A stretch of 64,000 bases of DNA from positions 744,001-808,000 of the forward strand of contig CAWKCK010000017.1 in NCBI GenBank assembly GCA_963848135.1, written 5' to 3'. Positions 28,454 through 38,055 of the stretch are shown here, piece by piece. Within the stretch, counting starts at the first letter, position 1. Each line of letters opens with the position of its first letter. Position numbers and translations under genes: made by a program. The notes below the pieces were generated by a model. The model made no database searches, was not told the DNA's origin, and worked only from the letters and a program-made list of their open reading frames with translations. This DNA comes from an uncultured delta proteobacterium (GTDB lineage Bacteria; Desulfobacterota; Desulfobacteria; Desulfobacterales; SG8-13).

Positions 28454-28479
28454 AACGATTTACGAAACCAATAGTTACA
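28454..28479 (-). promoter_or_regulatory. putative autoregulatory ECF promoter TGTAAC-N16-CGTT
   Basis: TGTAAC tattggtttcgtaaat CGTT upstream of the sigma gene. Confidence 0.72.
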
Positions 28480-28545
28480 AGGCATTTTTCGATGGCTCAC
28501 TATATCAATCCCAGGTGAGCGTTTCAAACGCTTATAGTGGTTGTC

Positions 28546-28577
28546 AAAAAAACGTTCCGTTATTGGAACGTTTTTTT
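28546..28577. terminator. symmetric hairpin with A and T tails
   Basis: AAAAAAACGTTCC-GTTATT-GGAACGTTTTTTT. Confidence 0.6.
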
Positions 28578-28628
28578 CTACAACCACTTATACCGCCCTT
28601 CCGTATTTCGGAATTTATTTTTTTGAAA

Positions 28629-28654
28629 AGCGGTATAAAAAGATAGATGTTACA
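28629..28654 (-). promoter_or_regulatory. putative ECF promoter TGTAAC-N16-CGCT
   Basis: Same -35 element and 16-nt spacer as the other copies. Confidence 0.5.
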
Positions 28655-29020
28655 ATCCTACTATTTCCGGGGTATTTTTCACCCTATCTTTTTTTCGTAT
28701 CGGTTCAAAGATTGCAACGTCCAATGTGCTTAATACCACAGGTAAGCGTTTACAGGGTTCCACAGATGCATGGCGTCGGGCGCGCAGACGTACTTTTGTA
28801 ATTCAAGTGCCCGACAACAAAGCAGATGCGGTGCCCTGTGAATGCTTACTTTTTTTCTTAGATCTGGCCGTTTTCGGATCGATGGTCTGGAGGGGGGTGA
28901 AACCGTCGGATATGAATGGAATGTTGTCGGGGCTGATCTGAAGAGACTAATTCACGGACGAAATAGGGTAGGCTTTAGGATTATGGATTTATTGCCAGTG
29001 GGCCTATTATCATGCCCCGC

Positions 29021-32000
29021 TCATTCCTCAAAGAGCACACGCAGCGCATCGCTCAGTTCCTCTATTCGAAAGGGTTTTGTAACAACGCCTTTAAACCCGT
29101 ATGTTTCACAGTCGGACATAATCGGGTCATTGGAGTAACCGCTGGACACGATGGCAACGGCCTTCGGATCATACGCCAAAAGCTTTTGCACAGTCTCTTT
29201 GCCTCCCATGCCACCGGGAATCGTCAGGTCCATAATGACGGCATCAAAAGCGTGGCCGGATTCCTTGGCGTTGCGGTACATATCAAGTGCCGCGCCACCA
29301 TCCTCGGCCAGTGCCGATTCAAAACCCATAATTTTCAAAAATCTGGCGGCCACATCGCGGATCAATATCTCGTCGTCCATAACCAGAATCCGACCCTTAC
29401 CTTTGAATATCTTTTTTTCGCTCTCAACCGCCTGTTTGACTGTCTTGGCGGATGCGGGTAAAAGTATCTGGAACGTCGTTCCAGCCCTCGATTCCGATGC
29501 CACCGTAATACGGCCATCATGTTTATCGATAATTGAAAACGCCACCGTAAGCCCCAAACCACTGCCCTTTTGTTTCGTCGTAAAGTAAGGATCGAATATT
29601 CTGTCGAAGTGGGCCGCCGGTATGCCGACCCCTTGGTCGGTTATCGCAATCTTGACATACTCTCCAGGAGTCAAGTTCTCCGCATTGTCGATGCCGAGAG
29701 CCACATTCTCGGCGCTTAACTTGAGCAATCCACCCTGAGGGGTGGCCTGGACGGCATTTATAACCAGATTGTTTATGACTTGGTTTATCTGTCCGGCATC
29801 CGCTTCAACCGATTTTAGTTCGGACGAAAAATCATAGTCGCATTTCAAATTGGACCCTCGCAAGGAAAATTCCACCGCTTCCTTCAACAGCTCAGGCAAA
29901 TCGAGGCTGGCTTTAACCGGTTCCCCCCCTTTTGAGAAAGTGAGCAGTTGTTGGGTAAGATTCTTGGCCCGCAAGGCGGCGCTCTCCATTCTCATGATAC
30001 TGTCATAAACGCTGGACGCTGGACCGATGTCGAGTTTGACCAAAGAGAGATTGCCGATAATCCCCGTTAAGAAATTATTGAAATCGTGCGCAATTCCTCC
30101 CGCCAGTACGCCCAGCGATTCGAGTTTTTGAATTTTGAGCCGTTCCTGCTGCATTTGACGTTTCTCGGTGATGTCACGAAACACCAGAACGACACCGATC
30201 ACTTCGCCCCCTTTACCAATGATCGGGGCGCCACTGTCGGCAATGATGAATTCTTTGCCGTCTTTTCGGATCAGGAGGGTATTGTTGGCCAGGCCGATAA
30301 TCTGCCGCGTGTCAATGACCCTCTGGACCGGGTTCACACAGGGCTCACGTGTCTGTTCGTTTACGATATGAAGCACCTTGGAGATGGGTTGCCCCAACGC
30401 GGAATCTTCCGTCCAGCCGGTCAAGTTTTCGGCCATCTTGTTGATAAGGGTGATCTGGCCGTTCCTGTCTGTGGTTATGACGCCATCCCCGATGCTTCTC
30501 AGGGTCACAGCCAGGCGTTCCTTTTCGGCTTCGAGGGCTTCCTGCGCGATTTTTCTTTCAGTAATATCCCGCCCAACGCCAATGAAGGCTTCCGCCGCGT
30601 TGTTTTCATCCAAAATAGCCGTATCCACCCAGGCAATCGATCGCCAACCATCTTTGGTCAAGGCGCGCTGTTCCATGTAAGCCGTGAAGGGTGGACGGTG
30701 GAGGTTTTCCATTGCCCTGGTGGTCGCCTCACGGTCATCGGAGTGCACGAGTGGGAGGAATGTCGATCCGAGCAGTTCGTCCTCGGTTTTACCGAACTTT
30801 TCGCAGTAGGATGGGCTGACAAAGAGAAACTTACCCTGGCTATCGATCTTAACCACCAAGTCCGTTTGGTTTTCAATCAACATCCGGTAGTTTTGTTCGC
30901 TTTGCTTCAGGGCTTCTTCAATTTGTTTGCGGTCGGTGACATCATAAAGCGCACCCTGAACGTGGGATGGCTTGCCGGAGGTATCGCTAACATTCTGGAC
31001 ATATTCGTGAACCCAGCGAACTGTACCGTCTTTTCTCAAGATGCGATACTCCGTCTCACAATGGTAGGCAGGCACCGTATTGATCTTCGCGGTACTCTCG
31101 ATCTTTGACGTCAAATCATCCGGGTGAATCAACTGGTCCCAGCGAATTGAACCGTTTACCAACTCGTCTTCGCTGTAGCCGGTGATTTCTTCGATCGCAC
31201 CGTGCATGAAAATTGGGGTGAAGTCCAATTGGCCCCTGAAAACGATACCGTGAAAGTTCTGGACAAAGGAGCGGTACCTGGCTTCACTATCTTTAATCAG
31301 TTCTTCGGCCTGGTGTTTTTCGGTTATATCGCTGACGATTCCCTGGTAATGCGTAATCGTTCCCTTTGTATCTCTCTGAATAAACGTCTTGTCTTCAACC
31401 CATATAACCGCGCCATTTTTCTTGATAATACGGTAAGGTTTATGGGTGAATTCTTCGCAACTTTTCCCGGAACTGTATCCTTTGACTTCCCTTTCAACGC
31501 GGCCCAGATCATCGGGGTGAACAACCGCCCGGTAAGAAGTTTTTCCTGACATGAAATCGGCGGCGCTGTAACCGAAAACCGCCGCCACGTTCTCGGTAAC
31601 AAACTGAACCGGCCATCCGGGACTGTTTTGCCACAAAAAGGCCACCGCGTAACTTCTTTCTATTATGCGATAGGCGTTCTTTAACGATTCTTCCGCTTTC
31701 TCCCGCGCCGTAATGTCCCTAATCATGGCGCAGACGAGCTTGCGGCCTTTGTGGTTGTATATTCCGGCCGTAATCTCCACCGGGAATACTGTGCCGTTTG
31801 CTCTTTTGTGGAGACGGTATGCCAAAGTGCTGGTATGTCCACCCACCAATTCCTTGGCAACGGTATTTATGTGTCGTTCCGATTTATCCGGTTCGGCGGA
31901 AAGAGATAGGGCCGATAAACCACACATTTCCTCGTATCGATACCCGTATAAATTTAAAGCCGCAGGATTGGCATCGATGATCTTCTTATTTTCAACTTCG

Positions 32001-33070
32001 GTAATGATGATCGCATCCGGTTCGGCATTGAAAAGGTCCCGGTAGTTTGCCTCACTCTCCAGTAATTTGGCCTCTGTTTGTTTATGTTCAGCGATTTCCT
32101 TCCTTAAGTCTTCGTTGACCTCAGCGAGTTCTGCCGTGCGCAGCGCAACTCTTCGTTCGAGCCCGTCGTAAGCGCTTTTCAGCTGATCTTCAACTTTCTT
32201 GCGCCGAGTGATGTCTCTCGAAATGCCTATCAAAACGTCACGTCCGCGCCACCATCCCCTTGTCACTTTAGTCTCGACCGGAATTATCACCCCTCCCTTG
32301 GCAAGAAGCGGCACCGGACATTCCGTTAGGTTGCCGTCCATCATTTCTTTGATGACCGCGGCGGCTTCGTCTCGCCGCTCGGGTGGATGCAATTCAAGGG
32401 CGGTCATGGATGTAAGTTCATCGGCAGTGTACCCCAAACGGTTTTCAACTGCCGGATTGGCGCCCAAAATGTTGCCGTTGAAATCGAGAATGAAGACGCA
32501 ATCTTCTATCGAGTCGAATAGGGTCTGCAAATCCTGTTGGCTTTCCCGCAGCAAAGTTTCGGACTCCAGACGGCTAAAAACACCGCCGATCTGCGATGCA
32601 ATCGATTCAAGGGCATGGCGGGCTTGATGCGGAATTTCAGCGTGGCTGTGAGAAGCGAGGTTAAGTGCGCCGATAACTTTCAGCCTGTCCATTACCGGAA
32701 TAACGGCAATTGCTTGTAATCCTTCGCCCGTGCATTCTGATTCGCTGTGGCATGATATTTCAGGAAATAATCCGTAGATCGGTTTCGCAGACATGAGCAT
32801 TTTAACTTGTGGGGCGTTGGGGGGATATTTGGTGGCCATTTCGATAAAGCTATCAGGTAACCCCCTATGAACGATCAATTCCAGGCTCCCGGTCGTTTTG
32901 TCGAAAAGATAGATGCCGCCGCAATCGATCCCCTCGATGCGGCAGGTTGCATCCAGGATCAACCGTAACGCCTCTTTTTGATCGCTGGTCGCACTGAGGG
33001 CGATGCCGAGATCACGTTGGATCCGAAGTAGTTTTTCTGCTTGTCCTCGTTGTATGTCTGTCTCGGCCAA
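29021..33070 (-). CDS. cytoplasmic hybrid sensor kinase (GAF, multiple PAS, HisKA, HATPase, REC)
   Basis: Repeated (R)DIT.RK PAS ends, AGGIAHDFNN, FDPYFTTK..GSGLGL, IMDLTIPGGMGG. Confidence 0.93.
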   Translation of the reverse strand: MAETDIQRGQAEKLLRIQRDLGIALSATSDQKEALRLILDATCRIEGIDCGGIYLFDKTTGSLELIVHRGLPDSFIEMATKYPPNAPQVKMLMSAKPIYGLFPEISCHSESECTGEGLQAIAVIPVMDRLKVIGALNLASHSHAEIPHQARHALESIASQIGGVFSRLESETLLRESQQDLQTLFDSIEDCVFILDFNGNILGANPAVENRLGYTADELTSMTALELHPPERRDEAAAVIKEMMDGNLTECPVPLLAKGGVIIPVETKVTRGWWRGRDVLIGISRDITRRKKVEDQLKSAYDGLERRVALRTAELAEVNEDLRKEIAEHKQTEAKLLESEANYRDLFNAEPDAIIITEVENKKIIDANPAALNLYGYRYEEMCGLSALSLSAEPDKSERHINTVAKELVGGHTSTLAYRLHKRANGTVFPVEITAGIYNHKGRKLVCAMIRDITAREKAEESLKNAYRIIERSYAVAFLWQNSPGWPVQFVTENVAAVFGYSAADFMSGKTSYRAVVHPDDLGRVEREVKGYSSGKSCEEFTHKPYRIIKKNGAVIWVEDKTFIQRDTKGTITHYQGIVSDITEKHQAEELIKDSEARYRSFVQNFHGIVFRGQLDFTPIFMHGAIEEITGYSEDELVNGSIRWDQLIHPDDLTSKIESTAKINTVPAYHCETEYRILRKDGTVRWVHEYVQNVSDTSGKPSHVQGALYDVTDRKQIEEALKQSEQNYRMLIENQTDLVVKIDSQGKFLFVSPSYCEKFGKTEDELLGSTFLPLVHSDDREATTRAMENLHRPPFTAYMEQRALTKDGWRSIAWVDTAILDENNAAEAFIGVGRDITERKIAQEALEAEKERLAVTLRSIGDGVITTDRNGQITLINKMAENLTGWTEDSALGQPISKVLHIVNEQTREPCVNPVQRVIDTRQIIGLANNTLLIRKDGKEFIIADSGAPIIGKGGEVIGVVLVFRDITEKRQMQQERLKIQKLESLGVLAGGIAHDFNNFLTGIIGNLSLVKLDIGPASSVYDSIMRMESAALRAKNLTQQLLTFSKGGEPVKASLDLPELLKEAVEFSLRGSNLKCDYDFSSELKSVEADAGQINQVINNLVINAVQATPQGGLLKLSAENVALGIDNAENLTPGEYVKIAITDQGVGIPAAHFDRIFDPYFTTKQKGSGLGLTVAFSIIDKHDGRITVASESRAGTTFQILLPASAKTVKQAVESEKKIFKGKGRILVMDDEILIRDVAARFLKIMGFESALAEDGGAALDMYRNAKESGHAFDAVIMDLTIPGGMGGKETVQKLLAYDPKAVAIVSSGYSNDPIMSDCETYGFKGVVTKPFRIEELSDALRVLFEE

Positions 33071-33267
33071 GCGGTCACCTCACAGTAGTATTAAGGGTCG
33101 GAAAGCTATTCTTTCAAATACGCAACCAGTGTGAAGGGAAGGATCAACAGGGCAAGCGGCACCGGCTGAATGCATGCGGTAGCATTGGGAGAAAACCGCG
33201 GTAAGGCTTGCCGGTGGTTCGAAGTCACAGATGCTGATCTTAATTCCAACACGTCAAACGCGTATAT

Positions 33268-34797
33268 TCATCCAAAGTTTACACGTTTTTCCACTTCCAC
33301 GGACATTTGGCCCAGTTCTTTTTCAATATTGTGGAAAGAGTCCTTCAGGGTGGCCTTCAACCTTTCCGTCGCATGTCGACGATACGCACGATCATAGGCC
33401 AGGGCGACCGCACTTATGATCCAAATCAATGCTTCTGAACGCGGTTTAGATCGTCCTTTCGCGTTAAAGGCAAGGCCCAGGTAAGACACTGAAATATCGT
33501 TTTGGCATAAGGGAACCAGCAGGCAAGAGGTTATATTTGCCTGACTGAGGCGGCCTTCCTTTGCACCGACCTCCCCTAGATTGTCCAGGCTGGCGACTGT
33601 GGGCAGGTAGTTCTGCATAATTTTTGCAAGAGTGGCGTTTTTAAACTCTGTTACTTTGTCACTCGGAAAGAGGTCGCCGGTGTCCATGACCACCTCATCA
33701 ATCTGAACACAATCTGGCTGGTTATTCAGGCAGGTCATGAGCACGGCAAAATTGACCTCGATCATTTGGTTTATTATTCTGACAATATTATTTAACAACA
33801 CTTTTTCGTTTTTCTGAAAATAGAGGGTTTTGAATAAGTCAACGCAGCTCACCGCCGTTCGGTCATCGGAAATAACACCCGGTTTCGTGGTATCGATTGA
33901 ATCGCGAGCATTTTGGATGCTTTGGTCATCCTCAAAAGACTTCAGGATGTCTTTCAACTCCCCGACAAATGTATCCTCTGCACCTTCAGGCAAGGGCTCT
34001 TCAGTGTCATTATCAAGCTTGGTAACCACCGGGTGATCGTCGGATGGACCTGTCGGACTCTCGGCGCTTTCTTCCTCAGGGGCGGATTCAGCCTTCGTTA
34101 CCGTGGGGGTGTCGGGTTCAATGCCGGCTTCGTCCTTTCTGTTCAACCCTTCCATGACGACAGCCATCGTGCTTTTTTCGATGCGTTTGGTTTTTTTTGC
34201 AGCCGGCAATTCTTTTAAAAAAAGTTGGACGTCATCCCAGGCAACGATGTCATATGCCGCCTCTTCCCCGACCCGTTCGCCAGCCTCAGCATCGATCAGA
34301 TCGCCGTCTGCAATATAAAGAAAACCCTTTTGCTTCGATCCGGCGTGCACTTCGAGGGTGCAGGTTTTCTGCTCCATTTCGATCATCTGCAAAAAGCTGC
34401 TCACTGAAATACCTCTAATTGAACCGTCGGGAGGATTTTCGAGTTCTTTGATCACAGCCTCGGACATAATGTCAATATCCACGGGTTTTTCCATGACCCT
34501 TAATCGGCCTAAGGATTCAAGTTTTTTCTGCACCCGTTCCGTGCAAAATGCGCTGACAACAATGGCAGGAATGGCCGGAAAATTATTGTTCATGTAAACC
34601 AGCAATTCGATGCCGTCCATCTCCGGCATTTTAAGATCTGTGATCACCAGATCGATACTTTTGGATTCAAGCGTTTTGACCGCCTCCTTACCGTTTTTCG
34701 CGGTGAAAACCTTAAAACGATCGCTGTACGGTTTAAACAAGCCGGCCATAACCACCAGCAAGGTCTCTTCATCTTCGACGACCAAAATATTCTTCAC
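33268..34797 (-). CDS. response regulator with DUF4388 and C-terminal GAF-like region
   Basis: LVVEDE, TDLKMPEMDG; FLQMIEMEQKTCTL..G.L.DA..GEEAAY.I..W. Confidence 0.85.
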   Translation of the reverse strand: MKNILVVEDEETLLVVMAGLFKPYSDRFKVFTAKNGKEAVKTLESKSIDLVITDLKMPEMDGIELLVYMNNNFPAIPAIVVSAFCTERVQKKLESLGRLRVMEKPVDIDIMSEAVIKELENPPDGSIRGISVSSFLQMIEMEQKTCTLEVHAGSKQKGFLYIADGDLIDAEAGERVGEEAAYDIVAWDDVQLFLKELPAAKKTKRIEKSTMAVVMEGLNRKDEAGIEPDTPTVTKAESAPEEESAESPTGPSDDHPVVTKLDNDTEEPLPEGAEDTFVGELKDILKSFEDDQSIQNARDSIDTTKPGVISDDRTAVSCVDLFKTLYFQKNEKVLLNNIVRIINQMIEVNFAVLMTCLNNQPDCVQIDEVVMDTGDLFPSDKVTEFKNATLAKIMQNYLPTVASLDNLGEVGAKEGRLSQANITSCLLVPLCQNDISVSYLGLAFNAKGRSKPRSEALIWIISAVALAYDRAYRRHATERLKATLKDSFHNIEKELGQMSVEVEKRVNFG

Positions 34798-34812
34798 GTC
34801 AACATATCTCCT

Positions 34813-36243
34813 TTATATTATATAATCTGCCGGCTGGATGCCGTATGTCGTCGGATTGAGGGATCTTAGCGTTTTTCTAACGTAGGCTCCCGTAACGGCG
34901 TCCTTTTCGGACAGGTCAACCAGGTGGCCGCGTTTGACGCCATCCTTTGTGTCTCTTTCAAGCAGGACCACACGAGGGAGTTTCCCTCCGGATTCGAACG
35001 GGTAATCGGTCACCAGGCCGATTTCGCCGCTGTCGAACTGCAGCAGCGTCCCCGGTGGATAAGTGCCCATCATCATGGCAAATACTTTCAACAGGATCGG
35101 ATCGAAATCCGTTCCCGCCCCTTCTATCATGTGGCTGAGTGCCTGATCGGGGCTAAATGTTGCGGGTCTGTAAACGCGAGGGGATGTGAGGGCGTCGTAG
35201 ACATCGGTAATATGAAGGACCCTGCCGAAAAGGCTGACCTCTTTTATGAAGTGGACTTTTGGATATCCGGACAGGTCATGGCGTATATGATGCTCGAAGG
35301 GAGCGAGCAGAATCTCTGATTTCAGATCGTGTGATGCCTGCAACTTCAGTATCTGCCGGACGCTTGACAGAGGGTGTTTTTGGATTTCTTTCCACTCCTT
35401 GGCATTTAATGCACCCGGTTTATTCACAATTTCACGCGGCACCTCTACCTTACCCAAATCGTGAAAAAGCCCGCAAATGCCCAAGCGTTCTAAAGACGTC
35501 CGCGACAGCCCGATACGGTTCCCCAGACACAAAGAAAGGACCGCAACATTGACCGAATGCGTGTATGTATAGTCATCGTAATCTTTGATAGTGCCGAGCC
35601 CGATCAGAATGTCTTCGTCCTGGAGGGCAACATCGACCATGCTCTGAATCATCCGCTTGGCCTTGCGAACGCCGGCAAAGCCTTGCGTGGTAATTTTTTG
35701 CGAGACCTGTTTCACCGCCGCAATGGCATTAAAATAGGTGTCCCGTGCCTTCTCTTTTGTGTTCGGGTCGCTCTTGTTTGGCTTCAAGTCTTCTCTATTT
35801 ACCAGGCTCACCCAAAGGATACCCTTCTCGGTCAAATTTTTTTTCAACCAATCAGGGGGATGCTCCTGTTGGCCAGCAAGGATGAGCAACCGCATGAGAG
35901 TGATGATCTCCTCGAAAGCGGCCTCTCTGACAGCGGGATGAAAATGCAGGCCGTGCAGGAAACGTTGTTTGAAAAAAACCAGCAGAGCGTGAATAACGCG
36001 AACAAAGTCTTTGCGGTATTGAAGCCTTTCTCCGCGGATATAGAATCTTCCCTCCAATATGAGAACGGTAAGGTCGTCTTCAAAGTCTATCTTTGATATG
36101 AGGTGTCTGAATTTGCCAACAACTTCCTTTACGACGCCGTTATTGTCCTTGTGAATTCGAATCGCCTGTATCAACCGATACAGACCGAGCACGAACATTT
36201 CCTCCCATGGAACTGTATTCTGGTCTTTTTCAAGATAATTCAT
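34813..36243 (-). CDS. HD-GYP cyclic-dinucleotide phosphodiesterase
   Basis: YTYTHSVNV, FHDLGK, EHH..DLSGYP, DVYDALTSPRVYR. Confidence 0.92.
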   Translation of the reverse strand: MNYLEKDQNTVPWEEMFVLGLYRLIQAIRIHKDNNGVVKEVVGKFRHLISKIDFEDDLTVLILEGRFYIRGERLQYRKDFVRVIHALLVFFKQRFLHGLHFHPAVREAAFEEIITLMRLLILAGQQEHPPDWLKKNLTEKGILWVSLVNREDLKPNKSDPNTKEKARDTYFNAIAAVKQVSQKITTQGFAGVRKAKRMIQSMVDVALQDEDILIGLGTIKDYDDYTYTHSVNVAVLSLCLGNRIGLSRTSLERLGICGLFHDLGKVEVPREIVNKPGALNAKEWKEIQKHPLSSVRQILKLQASHDLKSEILLAPFEHHIRHDLSGYPKVHFIKEVSLFGRVLHITDVYDALTSPRVYRPATFSPDQALSHMIEGAGTDFDPILLKVFAMMMGTYPPGTLLQFDSGEIGLVTDYPFESGGKLPRVVLLERDTKDGVKRGHLVDLSEKDAVTGAYVRKTLRSLNPTTYGIQPADYII

Positions 36244-36328
36244 TTTCTAACTCGCATCCTAACGGCCTATCAGTTCAAATTTTTACTGTTCGCATTCGCG
36301 CTGAAAATGTTTCTTGATAAATACGGGT

Positions 36329-38032
36329 TCAAAGCACTTCGAGAGCAATTTTTCGAATACCGGGAAAACCGCTGCGCGAGGCCGTAACCAAAACCTCTTG
36401 GGCCTTTTCTGTCTTCAGTTCCATCAGGGCAATGGCGGCACCCTTTCGGTGAGCGGACGCAAGGAACCTGGAAATCAGCCCCCCTTTTAGAAGGGCATCC
36501 TGAAGAAATGGCAGCAAGTCGGCTTTCCCGCATTTGCCGAGCGCTCTATAGCAAGCCGACTGGTGATCACGCTCCTTGTTTTTGAATTTTCTTTTTTTGA
36601 GATAATTTAAAAGAAGCTTTTCGGTCTTTTCACAACGGCGCGATCCAAGATAATCCAGACACTTTTCCCGAATGTGGCCGTTCTCATCGTCCAGCAATGG
36701 GATGAGTTTTTCAGGTATCCAAAGATCCCGCATCGCAACGGCTTTTAAAACTTCCATCCGAACACGCTCCGCCGGATGATCGAGGAGCTTGATAAGAATC
36801 CGGACGGACGATTTGCTTCTTATTCGGTCGAGTAATGGAACCAGGCAATACAATAGATCTTCATCGGCGCTGTTCAGCAGTTTTTCGAACGGGCGCACAT
36901 CTCTTTCAGCCAACGCGACAACCACGTCTGCGATTAATTTTCCCACCGCGGGGCGCTGCTTTTCATTCAGCAGAGGGCCTAAAGTAACCGTCGCGGTTGG
37001 CGGCAACAGGTTTAAGGTTCGTTTTGCTTTTTCCAGTTCGGATTCACTGAGTTTGGGCCAGGGATCTATCAGGACCGATAGAAAGTCCTCGCCGGATACC
37101 TTAATAAAAAATTCCCTGATTCCAGGATGAATGGATGGTGAAGATTCTTTGGAAAGGATGCGGACTTGGTGCAGCCTTCTAAGTATCTGGTAGCCAGTGT
37201 TAAAATCCTTTTGGATTAATGCCTTTTGCAGTCCTTCTTTCAAATACTCCAGCACGACATCGAAAAACTCCTGACCTTCCGGCTCCTTGAGGATATCGGC
37301 CATCATGTTCAGGATCTCTCCTGATGCATCGCGCAGTTCCCCTTTCCGGACCATTTCTCTTAGGGCCTCTATTTCGGTCGGCTTTAATTCCAGTAAGTCC
37401 ATATCTACCAGGCGCAGCTGCTTGGCCCGATCGACAAGCTCACGGGATTCATCACCGCTGTTCAGCGACCCCAGGGACTTGAAAAGAGTGCCGCCATTTG
37501 GCTGACTGGCCCCACCCGACGCATATTTTTCTCCTTTTTCAAACGAATCCACGCTCTCCGAATCCGTTTCGATCATGCTGTCAGCGGCTTCATAATCGAC
37601 ATGCGGTAATTGTGCTTCCCACAGAGCGGTAACGATATCACCCTCGGCCTCTGCCGGAATGACCTTGTATTTGTGCAGGATTTTGACGAAAGTTTTGGTT
37701 TCGTGCAAATCTACCCCCGCCCGGAAGGTCAACGTAAGCATACCATCCCGAAACAGGGCAAAGGCAATGTCTCCATCTTTAGCGGTGCCCTCGTACACCA
37801 CCTCGTCATCGATGACAAGCCGCTTCTCTTTCACCCTAATACACAGCTCGTTATGTTTGCTGAAGTAGGTGTCAAAACTATTTTTCAACCGCAAGGCAGC
37901 CGACTGAAATTTAGTATGCTCTTCAGAGTACAGGGACAATATCCTGCACACGAACTGCAGCGTTTCAATAATCGATTTGGCTTCTTCGATCGATTCTGTG
38001 GCAAGCTGTGTTGTCGGTTTTTGAGAAGTCAT
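36329..38032 (-). CDS. HEAT-repeat protein
   Basis: C-terminal LLDHP.ERVR / LLDDEN..IR repeats; N-terminal domain resembles that of the adjacent HD-GYP protein. Confidence 0.8.
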   Translation of the reverse strand: MTSQKPTTQLATESIEEAKSIIETLQFVCRILSLYSEEHTKFQSAALRLKNSFDTYFSKHNELCIRVKEKRLVIDDEVVYEGTAKDGDIAFALFRDGMLTLTFRAGVDLHETKTFVKILHKYKVIPAEAEGDIVTALWEAQLPHVDYEAADSMIETDSESVDSFEKGEKYASGGASQPNGGTLFKSLGSLNSGDESRELVDRAKQLRLVDMDLLELKPTEIEALREMVRKGELRDASGEILNMMADILKEPEGQEFFDVVLEYLKEGLQKALIQKDFNTGYQILRRLHQVRILSKESSPSIHPGIREFFIKVSGEDFLSVLIDPWPKLSESELEKAKRTLNLLPPTATVTLGPLLNEKQRPAVGKLIADVVVALAERDVRPFEKLLNSADEDLLYCLVPLLDRIRSKSSVRILIKLLDHPAERVRMEVLKAVAMRDLWIPEKLIPLLDDENGHIREKCLDYLGSRRCEKTEKLLLNYLKKRKFKNKERDHQSACYRALGKCGKADLLPFLQDALLKGGLISRFLASAHRKGAAIALMELKTEKAQEVLVTASRSGFPGIRKIALEVL

Positions 38033-38055
38033 CCGATTATATCTCCCGGATGGGT

